From Antedon mediterranea (lineage: Eukaryota > Animalia > Echinodermata), in contig NC_092674.1 in NCBI RefSeq assembly GCF_964355755.1, positions 27,590,001 to 27,654,000 on the forward strand: DNA of 64,000 nt, in the 5' to 3' direction. The notes beneath the pieces are model-generated. The model ran no database searches. It was not told the DNA's origin and saw only the letters and a list, made by a program, of their open reading frames with translations. The first letter of the stretch is position 1; each line of letters begins with the position of its first letter. The position numbers and the translations under genes were made by a program. Positions 42,001-59,303 of the stretch are shown here, in pieces.

Positions 42001-45000
42001 TTTCAATAGTCAGTTAAGATCTACCTAATGACAGCTGTAGACTAGTATCTAGATGACTGTCAATAGTCAGGTAAGATATACCTAATGACAGCTGCAGACT
42101 GGTATCTAGATGACTGTCAATAGTCAGTTAAGATCTACCTAATGACAGCTGTAGACTCGTATGTAGATGACTGTCAATAGTCAGTTAAGATCTACCTATT
42201 GACAGCTGCAGACTGGTATATTATATGACTGTCAATAGTCAGTTAAGATTTACCTAATGACAGATGCAGACTCGTATCTAGATGACTGTCAATAGTCAGT
42301 TAAGATCTACCTAATGACAGCTGCAGACTCGTATCTAGATGACTCTCAATAGTCAGTTAAGTTCTACCTAATGACAGCTGCAGACTCGTATCTAGATGAC
42401 TCTCAATAGTCAGTTAAGTTCTACCTAATGACAGCTGTAGACTCGTATCTAGATGACTCTCAATAGTCAGTTAAGATCTACCTTATGACAGCTGTAGACT
42501 AGTATCTAGATGACTGTCAATAGTCAGGTAAGATATACCTAATGACAGCTGCAGACTCGTATCTAGATGACTCTCAATAGTCAGTTAAGTTCTACCTTAT
42601 GACAGCTGTAGACTAGTATCTAGATGACTCTCAATAGTCAGTTAAGATCTACCTTATGACAGCTGTAGATTAGTATCTAGATGACTCTCAATAGTCAGTT
42701 AAGTTCTACCTTATGACAGCTGTAGACTAGTATCTAGATGACTCTCAATAGTCAGTTAAGATCTACCTTATGACAGCTGTAGACTAGTATCTAGATGACT
42801 CTCAATAGTCAGTTAAGATCTACCTTATGACAGCTGTAGACTAGTATCTAGATGACTGTCATTAGTCAGGTAAGATCTACCTATTGACAGCTGCAGACTG
42901 GTATAGATGACTGTCAATAGTCAGTTAAGATTTACCTAATAACAGATACAGACTCGTATCTAGATGACTGTCAATAGTCAGTTAAGATCTACCTAATGAC
43001 AGCTGCAAAATCGGGTGGTTTAATACATCTGACTGCTACTATTTTTTCATGAAAAACACATTTTTCTATGATTTAAGTTTCTACATTTCTCTGTCTCGTT
43101 GTTATCACTTCTTATTTCACAAACGAATCATCTCTCAGGATATCTAATAAATTATCTTCGATTTAATAATTATTACTTCAATACCTGAAGCTCAGCATCT
43201 TTTCACACGGGGATGTGTCTCGTTAGTTGTAATTAAACACATGGGCAGTATAAATCTAACACACTTGGGCAATGTGATCTTACAAAAGTACCCACTCGGG
43301 CAAAAAGTACCATTTTTGGATAATTTATGGCATGATTTAGCAAGTTAAACTTACTGTTATGATAGATTGATGCAAAGGAAAATCTGAAACAAGCATACTT
43401 TTGACATCATTATATAACAAGAGGTGAGAATAAAGTTGAACAAAGACACAATTAACCTTCTGTCGCATTGTTTGTATTTAATACGACCATAGGTTATGGT
43501 TTACAGGACTAGCGCCCGAAAGCGGTAACATACAGGATGATGTTCGAGTGACTTTACATCCAATGTAAAGCATATGAATTTCTAATAATTACTTATCATT
43601 TTTATATAAAGAAAATGTATTGTTTTTATACTATATAATTTGTGTTACATTTTCCCCCATACTTTACATTTGCCAAAAGCAAAACTCTTAATGATACAAA
43701 AAATCCGATTTATTTTGTGCGAAGTCCGGAAATAGTAATTACTATAAACTCGTTACCCCCAGGGTTGTGTATGGGGTGTTTTCATTAGGACATTTTCTAT
43801 GATTGCGCGATTAGATCATTATATTTCCCACTTAAAATTTGCCAATCGCAAAACTATTAATGATACAAGAAATCGGATTTACTTTGTGCAAAGTCCGGAA
43901 ATAGTACTGTAATTATATAATATAACTCATGCGACCGATCGTTACCCCAGGGTTGTGTATGGGATGCTTTCTGGAGGACGTTTCTATGATTAAGCGCGAT
44001 TAGATCATCGAGTCATTACCCTGGGAATCATTTATCAGTTATGGGCAACTTACGCTGTGATTTATTCTACGCGCGGGAAACATGCAAGGGTGAAACCGCC
44101 TCTGACATTTGTATTAGAATTAGATAGGGATGTTATTAGTATAGGATTTGAAATAAAGACTGTACGTTTGTTTAAGAAATATCATCTTTACGCTGACCAA
44201 CCAAGAACGTTACAATTTTTTTTGAATCACGTATTTGTGTACGTAAACTAAAATTGCTGGAAATAACATCAATAATCAATCCACCCGTTTTATGCGTCTC
44301 CACATACCGTCAGTGACGCCATAAAAACAACATGCGCGTCTTATCAACTTTTTCCCGCGTGCGTTAATTTTAAGTCTGCTACGCGAAGGTAAAACTTGCA
44401 GTATCAGGCGTATTTTCTTTCGCAAAGAATAAATTAGAAAAGAGAAATAGATCACTGTTCACTTTATTAGTACAACATAGTGATAAATAAATAATTATAT
44501 CGGAAAACCACATCTCGCAAAAATGTTATTCTGCTTTTAGAAAGCACTTGGGAATGATCACACTTCGCATACATTACGATGACGACTCAGCCGTGAAATA
44601 CAACACTTGTAATATAACTACATTTTATACTAATTTTTGTTTGTTTTTAAGTACAAATCGTTACTATCGATTAGATATATGCAAATCATTACAACTTTGA
44701 CCTTGACAAATTCTCATCATAACCTCTGTAATTTGGAAAGGTTCATTGGTTGAAATAACAGCCTAATTATAGGCAATTTTGTAATTATAATGCACGAAGA
44801 GTTCAACTCATTAAGGCTACAGTACAAAGGATACGTGTGCAAACAAATGGCACGCGTGCGTACAAATGGAACGCGTGTGTAAAAATGACACGCGTGCGTA
44901 CAAATGTTGTTGATTTATCTGCTATACAAACAATGGCGGTATGAAATTGCATGTATTGAGCCTAAATCATTCCATTGCGCTTAATGTCTCATTTGTGTTC

Positions 45001-45807
45001 TTTTTGTGCACAATCTTGAGGGGTCTGCCCGGTATGTTTTCTCCCAATCGTGTTTTATTAATAATCAGCATAGACCTATCCAATATAGGCCCCATTAAAT
45101 GTTGAGTCTTGCCCTAGGCTACTATTCATGGATCTATAAACTTGGTTTATTTATAGCTCCATGTTATGATCAATACTCAATACTTGCATTAATTCAGTGT
45201 AGTGAAGCCCATCTTCCAGAACCAAAACCGACAGGAATCCGTGAAATGATTTGCTTAAAATCCTTCTAAACTACGTAGGCTACTAATATTATTATAAACA
45301 TTAAATATAATTCCACAAATTACTATGTTGACGCTGCTAAACGTGTAGGCTTATTGGTACACAAGAAATTACAGGCTATAGCTATCGTGTCAACAAGTAA
45401 ACATTAGACTGATAAAATCTAGATAATTTATTACAATCAACAAGAACCGTTTAAAATCATATTAATTTGACATAAATTCCCTACACATATTACATGCTTT
45501 CTCAACATTAAACCCCAAATTTGGAACCCCCTCTTTCATTTACTTCAACTAACCGTCGAGTTCCACTTTGGCCCTAAGGATAATTATGTTGAAAACCAAC
45601 CACGTGGCACCCAAAATGTCCCATTGATGTTAAAAGAGAGGTAGATATTATAATGTGTAATTTACTCACCGTTGGACATATGAGGGTAGCTACCCCTTCA
45701 CTCAAACTCTGCAGATCTAGCTTCTTCCCGCCTTCTTCTTCCTTCCTGTTTCCATTTTGATATTCTGGGCTATGCCCATTTGAAGATCGAACTGGCGATG
45801 TATTCAT
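17901..45807 (-). CDS. GUCY1A: Soluble guanylate cyclase alpha subunit, complete 9-exon CDS (647 aa)
   Basis: Exons 45807-45670, 35106-35039, 33745-33648, 32216-32044, 31557-31036, 26683-26198, 23144-23001, 19280-19126, 18060-17901. All GT-AG, phases consistent, 1944 nt in total. Contains a pseudo-H-NOX, PAS/HNOBA ([29 protein letters not shown]), coiled coil and cyclase domain. Alpha-diagnostic motifs: [40 protein letters not shown] lacks the heme-ligating His of beta subunits. Confidence 0.95.
19126..19280 (-). CDS. GUCY1A: sGC alpha coding exon 8 (cyclase)
   Basis: [39 protein letters not shown]...INVSPTT; 155 nt. Confidence 0.96.
20121..20283. mobile_element. MITE family A copy
   Basis: Same TIRs; TTA/TTA flanks. 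A degenerate copy lies at about 38326-38488. Confidence 0.85.
23001..23144 (-). CDS. GUCY1A: sGC alpha coding exon 7 (cyclase)
   Basis: [32 protein letters not shown]...GKPIR; 144 nt. Confidence 0.96.
25252..25685. repeat. Tandem triplication (127-bp period) of a family A MITE right part plus flank
   Basis: GAGCTTAGTGACAACTCGACGATAGTGG...GCATTA occurs three times at 127-bp spacing. Confidence 0.9.
26198..26683 (-). CDS. GUCY1A: sGC alpha coding exon 6 (PAS, coiled coil, cyclase start)
   Basis: [10 protein letters not shown]...[15 protein letters not shown]...LDVYK; 486 nt. Confidence 0.97.
28053..28545. repeat. About 490-bp (T/C) polypyrimidine low-complexity tract
   Basis: Almost purely T and C on the plus strand; source of the F/L/S-rich and K/E/R-rich spurious ORFs. 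Confidence 0.95.
31036..31557 (-). CDS. GUCY1A: sGC alpha coding exon 5 (H-NOX end and PAS)
   Basis: LSYFRCSR...[23 protein letters not shown]; 522 nt, phase 0-0. Confidence 0.94.
31590..31742 (+). mobile_element. Penelope-like pseudo-LTR fragment
   Basis: Hammerhead core, T-rich spacer, then CTCCATTGAGATCCAGCCACTGATACCCA. The same terminal motif occurs reversed at about 15657-15690. Confidence 0.55.
31608..31650 (+). ncRNA. Minimal type I hammerhead ribozyme core (Penelope-type), probably degenerate
   Basis: TTGCA-CTGATGA-A-GGGC(tagtgtt)GCCC-GAAA-GCTC-TGT: intact core, 4-bp helix II, palindromic AGCT in place of helix III, weak helix I. Confidence 0.65.
32044..32216 (-). CDS. GUCY1A: sGC alpha coding exon 4 (pseudo-H-NOX)
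   Basis: [46 protein letters not shown]; canonical splice sites. Confidence 0.93.
33648..33745 (-). CDS. GUCY1A: sGC alpha coding exon 3
   Basis: TTCTACAG acceptor, LHMNNVS...[19 protein letters not shown] donor, phase 2 to 1. Confidence 0.82.
35039..35106 (-). CDS. GUCY1A: sGC alpha coding exon 2
   Basis: TCTGTAG acceptor, [28 protein letters not shown] donor. Phase 0 to 2 bridges exons 1 and 3. Confidence 0.8.
37400..37925. repeat. Degenerate tandem repeats, including a ~105-bp duplication
   Basis: Recurring AAACGCGTTT; TGTCTTTTATCATGTGGCTGCATTT...AACGGATTGCCTATCAGCGTCAGATC occurs twice. Confidence 0.75.
40476..40720 (-). mobile_element. CORE-like SINE with (TTA)n tail
   Basis: Minus strand GTATCCTTAGGCAAGATACTT...CTCTCCACCCATGTGTATAAATGG resembles the CORE domain; 3' end GCTATATAAAT...(TTA)n. 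A matching tail fragment lies at about 60765-60832. Confidence 0.65.
41483..43008. repeat. 57-bp satellite array, about 27 units, in sGC alpha intron 1
   Basis: Unit ATGACT(C/G)TCAATAGTCAGTTAAGATCTACCTAATGACAGCTG(C/T)AGACTCGTATCTAG. Confidence 0.97.
43650..44010. repeat. About 180-bp local tandem duplication
   Basis: AAGTCCGGAAATAGTA...CGTTACCCCAGGGTTGTGTATGGG...GCGCGATTAGATCAT occurs twice. Confidence 0.8.
45670..45807 (-). CDS. GUCY1A: sGC alpha coding exon 1
   Basis: ATG at 45807. [17 protein letters not shown] resembles vertebrate alpha-2 VNLDSLGESISRLTAPS. GTGAGT donor, phase 0. Confidence 0.8.
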
Positions 45808-46740
45808 TGTTTCTACTTATTCAAGAACAGATTATTCAGTTTCAAAAATTATTACCTTTTATATCTCAAATGGGGTTTCCTCACGCGATGAATCGATGCC
45901 ACTGTCAAATGCAAGCAATTATACGCGTACGTAAGCCCTATTAGAATGCTCAGAGTTCTCACGGCAAGCATACATTTAAAAGAAATCAGGAACAACACAA
46001 TTCAAGTCCCCTGGGTATAGTTCATGACATGAATTAACCCAAGCAGAAAGTGAAGATCGTCGTATTTTGTAAAAACCGCATCAATTAAATACAACCGTTT
46101 GTTTCACCTTGATGCATCTTCTCTGCGTACGTTTATCGTAAGCTAACTGGCAGCATGCACACACTGGTCACACTTGCCGCCGCATCCCGAATGACATCCC
46201 ACACAATAACATTGACGGATGTTTCATCAATATATACCGCGTTGTACCGGTAATGAACAAAACGTTGGCAACGAAACGACTAAATAGCCTGCGCTCATTA
46301 AATCATTCACATAATGCAAAATTGTTGGTTAGTGTTCTTCCCTACTAATTGTTTTGTAATGCTAACTTACCCTGCCTCGGAAAAATATCGACTGACGAAG
46401 GTTATAGTAGCAAGAAAACGATACCCGACGATGTTATACTTTTCGCTCTGTGCTATCCTTTCCAATTTTGTTAACGTTAACTCGTCGTCGGAAACTCTAT
46501 CATTCGCCGTCGTCGTATAGGTGGTAAACCATGCACATTTTGTATACCATTCTTATCGCAATTCACTATTAGCTCTTTCAATACCACGATGCAATATTGA
46601 CAATTCGTGATCCTTTCCACTTTTCTTTTGAATGGCCGATTGAAGCCACTAAAGATTAGGTTATTTTTAGACCCATTCAGCGAAAATCGTTTGATTTGGG
46701 GTATTAACAATACTGAACGTATTGGAAAATCTTATGAACG

Positions 46741-46751
46741 CAAGATGGCGG
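46741..46751 (+). promoter_or_regulatory. YY1-like motif in the divergent sGC alpha / ST13 intergenic region
   Basis: CAAGATGGCGG matches the YY1 consensus. This is a motif match only. Confidence 0.3.
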
Positions 46752-48653
46752 TATAATCAATTTTTAACGTAACCGAACCATTTTGGATGTTCCGTAATGG
46801 GTTTACTAATTGTGACGATAACGTGTCAAACAGAACCCCACTTTATGCTATTAAACTAAATTAGTATACCTAAAGTGAAATAAGCCGGCTAAATCTTTTA
46901 AAACTGAATGGATTTGTATCGATGCGTGAGACGGCAAATCGTCAATTACTACCGCGGTCGCTAATAATACGCACAGAGAAGATACTGCGAAATAATGTAC
47001 AGTGTAGTGATGTGCATCTATTCGGTCCCTAACGTATTCTTCCACTTTCAAGATGCCCTAACTAACTGTCAAAGGACCATTGTGCTTATGTTAATAACTG
47101 ACACTCTTCCCTAGTACCATCAATTCAAACACGCTGGTGTTTGTAATTGGATTTGTAGCCAAGGCGACTAATAACTTTTGTGTAGGCCTACTAATCATGT
47201 TAAGATATGCTTTTATGCTTTATCATTGTAAGGGATGTAAATACCCTTAGGGGCATTTACAAGGCTGTCCCCGGGACTGTCCCTGGTAGCTAGGCTTACA
47301 AACATGTTTAGTTTGTTCTTGTGTTTGTTGGTATGGAAATTAATCAAATCAAAAATGTATATTATTTTCTCCATCACAAATTTTAAATAAAAATAATCAA
47401 TTGCAAAGATTAATCCATCCCAACCAAACACTATATACAAATCATTATTCCATCATATCAATTTATGATGTGTAGATGGGTAAAAATATCTCGTTCAATT
47501 GCTATCGCGTGCGCGTGTGACGTTGCACCAGTAAAGTACGCAGATTCACACAATAAAGCCAGCAGGTGAAGCTGAATTAAAAATACATGTGAATCACACA
47601 TTATTAATATGGTGTATTTGATATATGTATCATTTTATATCATTTACGTTACACTTCATTAATATCAGCCTTTCCCAACACATAACAAAACACATTGCAT
47701 CAATTAACCTTCGCATATGATAATGTATATAAATGTATTTTAAATTTTAGTGGCAGCTCAGAAAAACGAAATGTTCAAAACACGTGACCTAATTATGATG
47801 ACGTATGAAATATTAATGAGATAATATTTCCTACAAAATGTTAAATCAGCTACAAAATACTTTTATCGGCACTTAATGTAACCTAATATTAAAAAATATG
47901 TTTTAAGTTCACACAGCCCGCGAAACAATATACTTCACATTCATATTTCTTTTGTTTTGGCTAAATCTGTTATTTTTCTATTCATTTTAGGAAATACTCG
48001 GACAGGATACTCGTGTACTTATTTCAAGTGGAATTCTTCAAGACATCACCAATAAATGAAATATCCACGCGTGCATTCATGGCGTCATTTTCATCAATGT
48101 TTTGACGCGCTGACGTGATTAAGAAAAAAACTCAAGAGGGCGTTATTGCTATATTTGTCATTATCACACTACAATATCACAGATCGGAATACAAAATACA
48201 ATGTATTTTTTATTTGGAGGAGGTTATCGTATCCAGAATTAGAGGAGAGATGAGGCAAAAAACAAACATAATAATAATCAGGACGTACTACGTAACATTT
48301 TCGGTTGACATAAACAAATATAGGATTCTACTAACCCACGATATTTTTATCTTTGTATATGTGAATTTATACTTTTTTCAACTTATAGATATATTCTACT
48401 TGAATTCTTCTATTTTGTTTGCTATATAACAGTACTTTTACAGTTACAGTAATTTTAAACAACCTGTTTGGTGGAGAGGAAGAAGAGCCCGGGGACACAT
48501 ATGAGAAAGGCACAAACTGTATTGCACATATGGCGTTTCATATTTGGACTAGAAGGTTCGCGTGTCGATGATCGCGGTTTTGTTGTTTTCACGAGATCTG
48601 CATGTGCGACATGTGCTAAATTCGGCTTTGCAAATAAAATATTAATTTAAACC

Positions 48654-55136
<6,483 letters not shown>

Positions 55137-56040
55137 AAACAAACACATCTGTATGATCGATCCAGGAAATAATCGATTCGCCTGGATATTCAATGATAAT
55201 TAATTGATTACATATTTCTTGATTGTGTTTTATGTTAGTTTCTTACTGCCCATCGTATCTACTAGTATTTCCGCAAACAGTAATCTACTATAAATACTAT
55301 CTGGAATGATTCACTACATTAATACACGATACGCGCTTACCGAAAATAGTCGATTCCTCCCCAGGTTTTGATGAGTAGCCGAAAACAGCATGGATGTATA
55401 TACTAATTATACCAAGAATAATTATGCATAATTATTTGTGTTTACCATAATAACGTCATGTATTAACTAACCTACGCCTGATATTGATATATTCCTGAGT
55501 ACAGAACGTAGTAAGGAAAAAAAAATATTAACGCATGTTGGATTAGCAAGTTTTCCGTAAATGATGTTTCAATTCTTCTGTGTTTTTTATTTTTAAATTA
55601 ATAATACATTTCAAATGTTAGAGGAACCAATGCATACAGTGTATTTTCATTTTAAGATCAGTGCCGAGACATTTTTTAGCTTTCACACCGGTCCCACACT
55701 ATTTCACTTATATTCCCAGTTTCCTGGAGTGTCTGCATTCTCACTCCTGAAGTGACCACCAAAGTATATTGATCGAAAGGTCGATAAACTGTTCTTTTCA
55801 GTTTTTTTTAACGAAAGTTCATCAACCTTTTTGTTTATATGTTACAAGAAACCATGTTGGAATCATGCGAAACAAGTACTTTCGGTTATCAAACACTATT
55901 CGCTCAATTCGCAGCAACTGTCCTGTATGTTTTTAAGCAGTAGAAAACCTAGCAGTAGAAAACCTACCCGTGCATAATATTTTATTGCTGAAATTATGAG
56001 AAATTGTTTTAACCGGAACGCAACAACAACGTTTTTTTTA

Positions 56041-56183
56041 AGCTTCCCACTAGGACGCAACGCAAGGACGTAAACGCAAGCATGTGACCAATGACAAGCG
56101 ACAGTTCGAATAATCCATCGCATGTGATTGGTCAACTCACTTGCATCTACGTCCTTGCGTTGCGTCCTAGGGAGAACCAAGCT
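56041..56183. mobile_element. MITE family B copy with an in-window empty-site paralog
   Basis: AGCT...AGCT ends with TTA/TTA flanks. The flanking DNA recurs without the element at about 56365-56485. Confidence 0.88.
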
Positions 56184-58378
56184 TTAGGTTTGTTTGATCG
56201 CCTTTGGTTAAAACACGTAGCCTATACCCAAATTGAAATAAGAATACAGTCAACTAAAAACTGGACACCCATATTTGGAAATTAGTTTCGTTATTTATTG
56301 TTCCTTATTTGTTTCTCGTGTTTTCATGTCTTGGAACAAAATCAATCAATGTTTCCAACGGAAGAAAACATACCCGTAAATCGATTCATACATAATACTT
56401 TATTGGTGAAATTATGAGCAATTTATTAAACCGGGAATGCAATAACGTTTCTTTAGGGTTGTTTGATAACCTTCGTTAAAACACACACGTACATCTGTTT
56501 TTTACACATTATCGTCGCGTTAAGTGTTTAATATGTTATTAAATTCACGTAAGAAAGATATTGTGTTTAAATATAGAAATCATACATTATTTACCAAGTG
56601 CTCCTGGACATCAGAAAGCAAACATATAGATGGAAAGAACATTAGTAGAACATTAACTTAAGATATTCACAAAAGCTATAATAATAATAATGTTTAACAA
56701 AATCTTTCAATTTGCATACTTGAAACATGCACTTCTCGATGCTTTGTTGCTCATATGTACAACTACATTTATTTTAAAAGTAAATAGACATGTCTTTGTT
56801 AATTAAAGTTATCCCAACCGGCACCCCGTATTCTGATACATGTTTCTATTTAATTCCAAAGTACACTGTTGAATCATTTTTCGTTCGATTTCTCCAACCC
56901 TGACTTTCAAAACTCCGGGTATATGATTATTCCCATTATGTTCATGTGTGTTAATTATCATAAATACGTCACAACAATTTATTCACCCGTGACATGCCAT
57001 GTTATTATTTCAGTGCGTTTCTGTGAAACTAGGCATTGAGACGTGTGCGTTTGTTTGCCAGTATAGTATAAGGTCTATACATTTTAAGTGTTGACACTTA
57101 TAGTTTAAAATTCGAATTTTTAACGGTAAGTACTTGTTCAATGGCTTAAATTTTATACGAATCAGTCAGTGGGAAATGGCAAAAGGCTTTCTACTTTCTA
57201 AGAGTTTTATGTGGTTAAGCTGACAACTCACTTTGTAACACTAACATGACCACATCCCCCAACTGGAATAGATTATTTAAATGCATTTATTTGAAATTGT
57301 CTTCGTAGGTTCGTTAACATTTTTAGCGTTTTTAGAATCGCTGATTGTTTAATGAACCATTTTTGTATTATAAAAATAAATACCTTTAGAACATATTTCT
57401 GGAAAACGGAGTAAATTTGAACTAATGAAATGAGGTGCAAAAAGGGGATCGAATTTACTAATGCCGTGTCTTCAATGTTTAAATTCAATTTCTCTTTTAT
57501 TAATCCCTTCGGAAATTCATCGCTCGTTTTACAAATAGATAAAAATGTGTATTAATATAAAAAGGTAAAAAATCACAAAACAAGAAGAGAATGTCACAAA
57601 AAAATGAGTAAAATTTAAACAATAAACTTTAGGAAACATTTTCGCCAGTGTAGCATAGCAAAAAGCTATATAAAACAACCTTATTGCTACACAAAATAAT
57701 TGTGTAGCAAAAAATACAATATGTTTCTCGACTTAAAAATCTGTTTGATTAGCAACATTGCAAAACAAAATTTGTAAATGAAATGTTTCCCTGAACTTAT
57801 TGCAATTAAGTTTAAAATTTTTGTTAAAAAGTTGAATGACTTGAGGAAGGAAGGAGATTGATTGAAACCCTACAATACACAAGACATACTATAATTATAT
57901 GAATTATACAGTATTTCTTTTTTAGGTCCCTATACTAACTAGCAACTATAATCCGTAACACTACAAAAATAAAACATGGCGACTTGGGATCAGGCGGTTT
58001 ACTGTTTCTTTTTCGTTAGTACTACACATCTTACTAGTAATCCTGTGTTATGATTTGACCAGGATTGTCTACGACCCTCAAGATCTAGAGAGTTTGAACT
58101 TGCTTTAAATTTTAAATTGATACTCTTAAAATTAGTTTTATCTTAGTTTCCTTTATACATAGTATATTCCGTTTATGTTGTTTTGCATGGAATTTCGTTT
58201 TGCATTGGGCCTTTGAAAACCACTCGTTACGATCAACTTGTTTATTATTTTTCCTAAATGGCTTTATCCAATTAGTAGATGGTTCTTCGTTAAATTTGTC
58301 TATAAAATTTGTTTTATTTAAAATATCTTTAGTTAATATAGACTAGTAATATTATTACAAAATCTTGGCATTCCCTAA

Positions 58379-58651
58379 AGCTGCTTTCACATCGCGCCCG
58401 GATTCGGTCCGGTGGCCTGAGAAAATTATCGTGGAAAATGGGTTCAGTGGTAAAGCATAAGGTCGTTCACACCAAATTCGTACGATTTGAATCCGTACCT
58501 GATTCGGGCTCCGAATTCGTAGCGATGGATCACGAAGCCATTTCTTTTCTGAAATCGTAAGAGAGAGGAGGAGAGGTTGTCTGCTCTTTTCCGCGCCACG
58601 ATCAAATCAATGTGCGACGTGAATTTTGGTGGGCGCGATGTGAAAGCAGCT
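58379..58651. mobile_element. MITE family C (PIF/Harbinger-like), 273 bp
   Basis: Perfect 21-bp TIR AGCTGCTTTCACATCGCGCCC/GGGCGCGATGTGAAAGCAGCT; TAA/TAA duplication. Confidence 0.9.
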
Positions 58652-58806
58652 TAACACAGCACCTAATGATAACATGCCTTATAAAAAGTACATGCATTGC
58701 TAGTTTTGGATGTTTTGTATTGTTACTTGTAGTTTGTACTGTAGGTTACATAACAGAACAATTGTATTGTCTTCCCATTTAATAGACACCCTTCTCTACA
58801 TAAAAC

Positions 58807-58826
58807 CATGGAGAAATTTCTCCATG
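58807..58826. mobile_element. 20-bp palindromic micro-element with 7-bp target duplication
   Basis: ATAAAAC-[CATGGAGAAATTTCTCCATG]-ATAAAAC. Confidence 0.72.
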
Positions 58827-59148
58827 ATAAAACATAATACACCACACCCCTATCATAATAATGGTATAGTCCATATAAGTCGAGGTGATCCCTATTCTTT
58901 TTAAATATGCCTATTGTGTTGTATCATTCAATAAAGCATATTCCGCTTCTCTATAATCTTTTGTGAACATAACCCTACAGTGACCTGTCTGAGGTTACAA
59001 GCAGCCGCTACTGTTTACTCGAAAATATAGGCCTACACCTTTATATTGGTAAGGGTTATCGAAATTGTTCTACTAGATTGGACGTTAAAACCTTATACTT
59101 AATTTTAGTCTACACAAAATGTATCTTAATGTCAGTCCAATCATGTAA

Positions 59149-59228
59149 AGCTCTGTCTACACAATCAAACTAGTTTGCCAACAAATTATTTTGTTTGTCA
59201 CATAAAGTTTGATAGTGTAGACAGAGCT
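59149..59228. mobile_element. MITE family A, internally deleted 80-bp copy
   Basis: Both TIRs with TAA/TAA flanks. Further copies in the ACSF2-like introns at about 59515-59660, 60165-60347 and 61030-61164. Confidence 0.85.
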
Positions 59229-59303
59229 TAAGGTAGGGAGTGGAACACAGTGACATACACTCAAATTGTTAATATTCGTTAGATCTTACTAATAGTGTAT
59301 AGA

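Noticed and set aside
41483-43008. CRISPR-like appearance of the regular array
   Set aside because: Units are contiguous with no unique spacers, there are no cas genes, and the context is eukaryotic.
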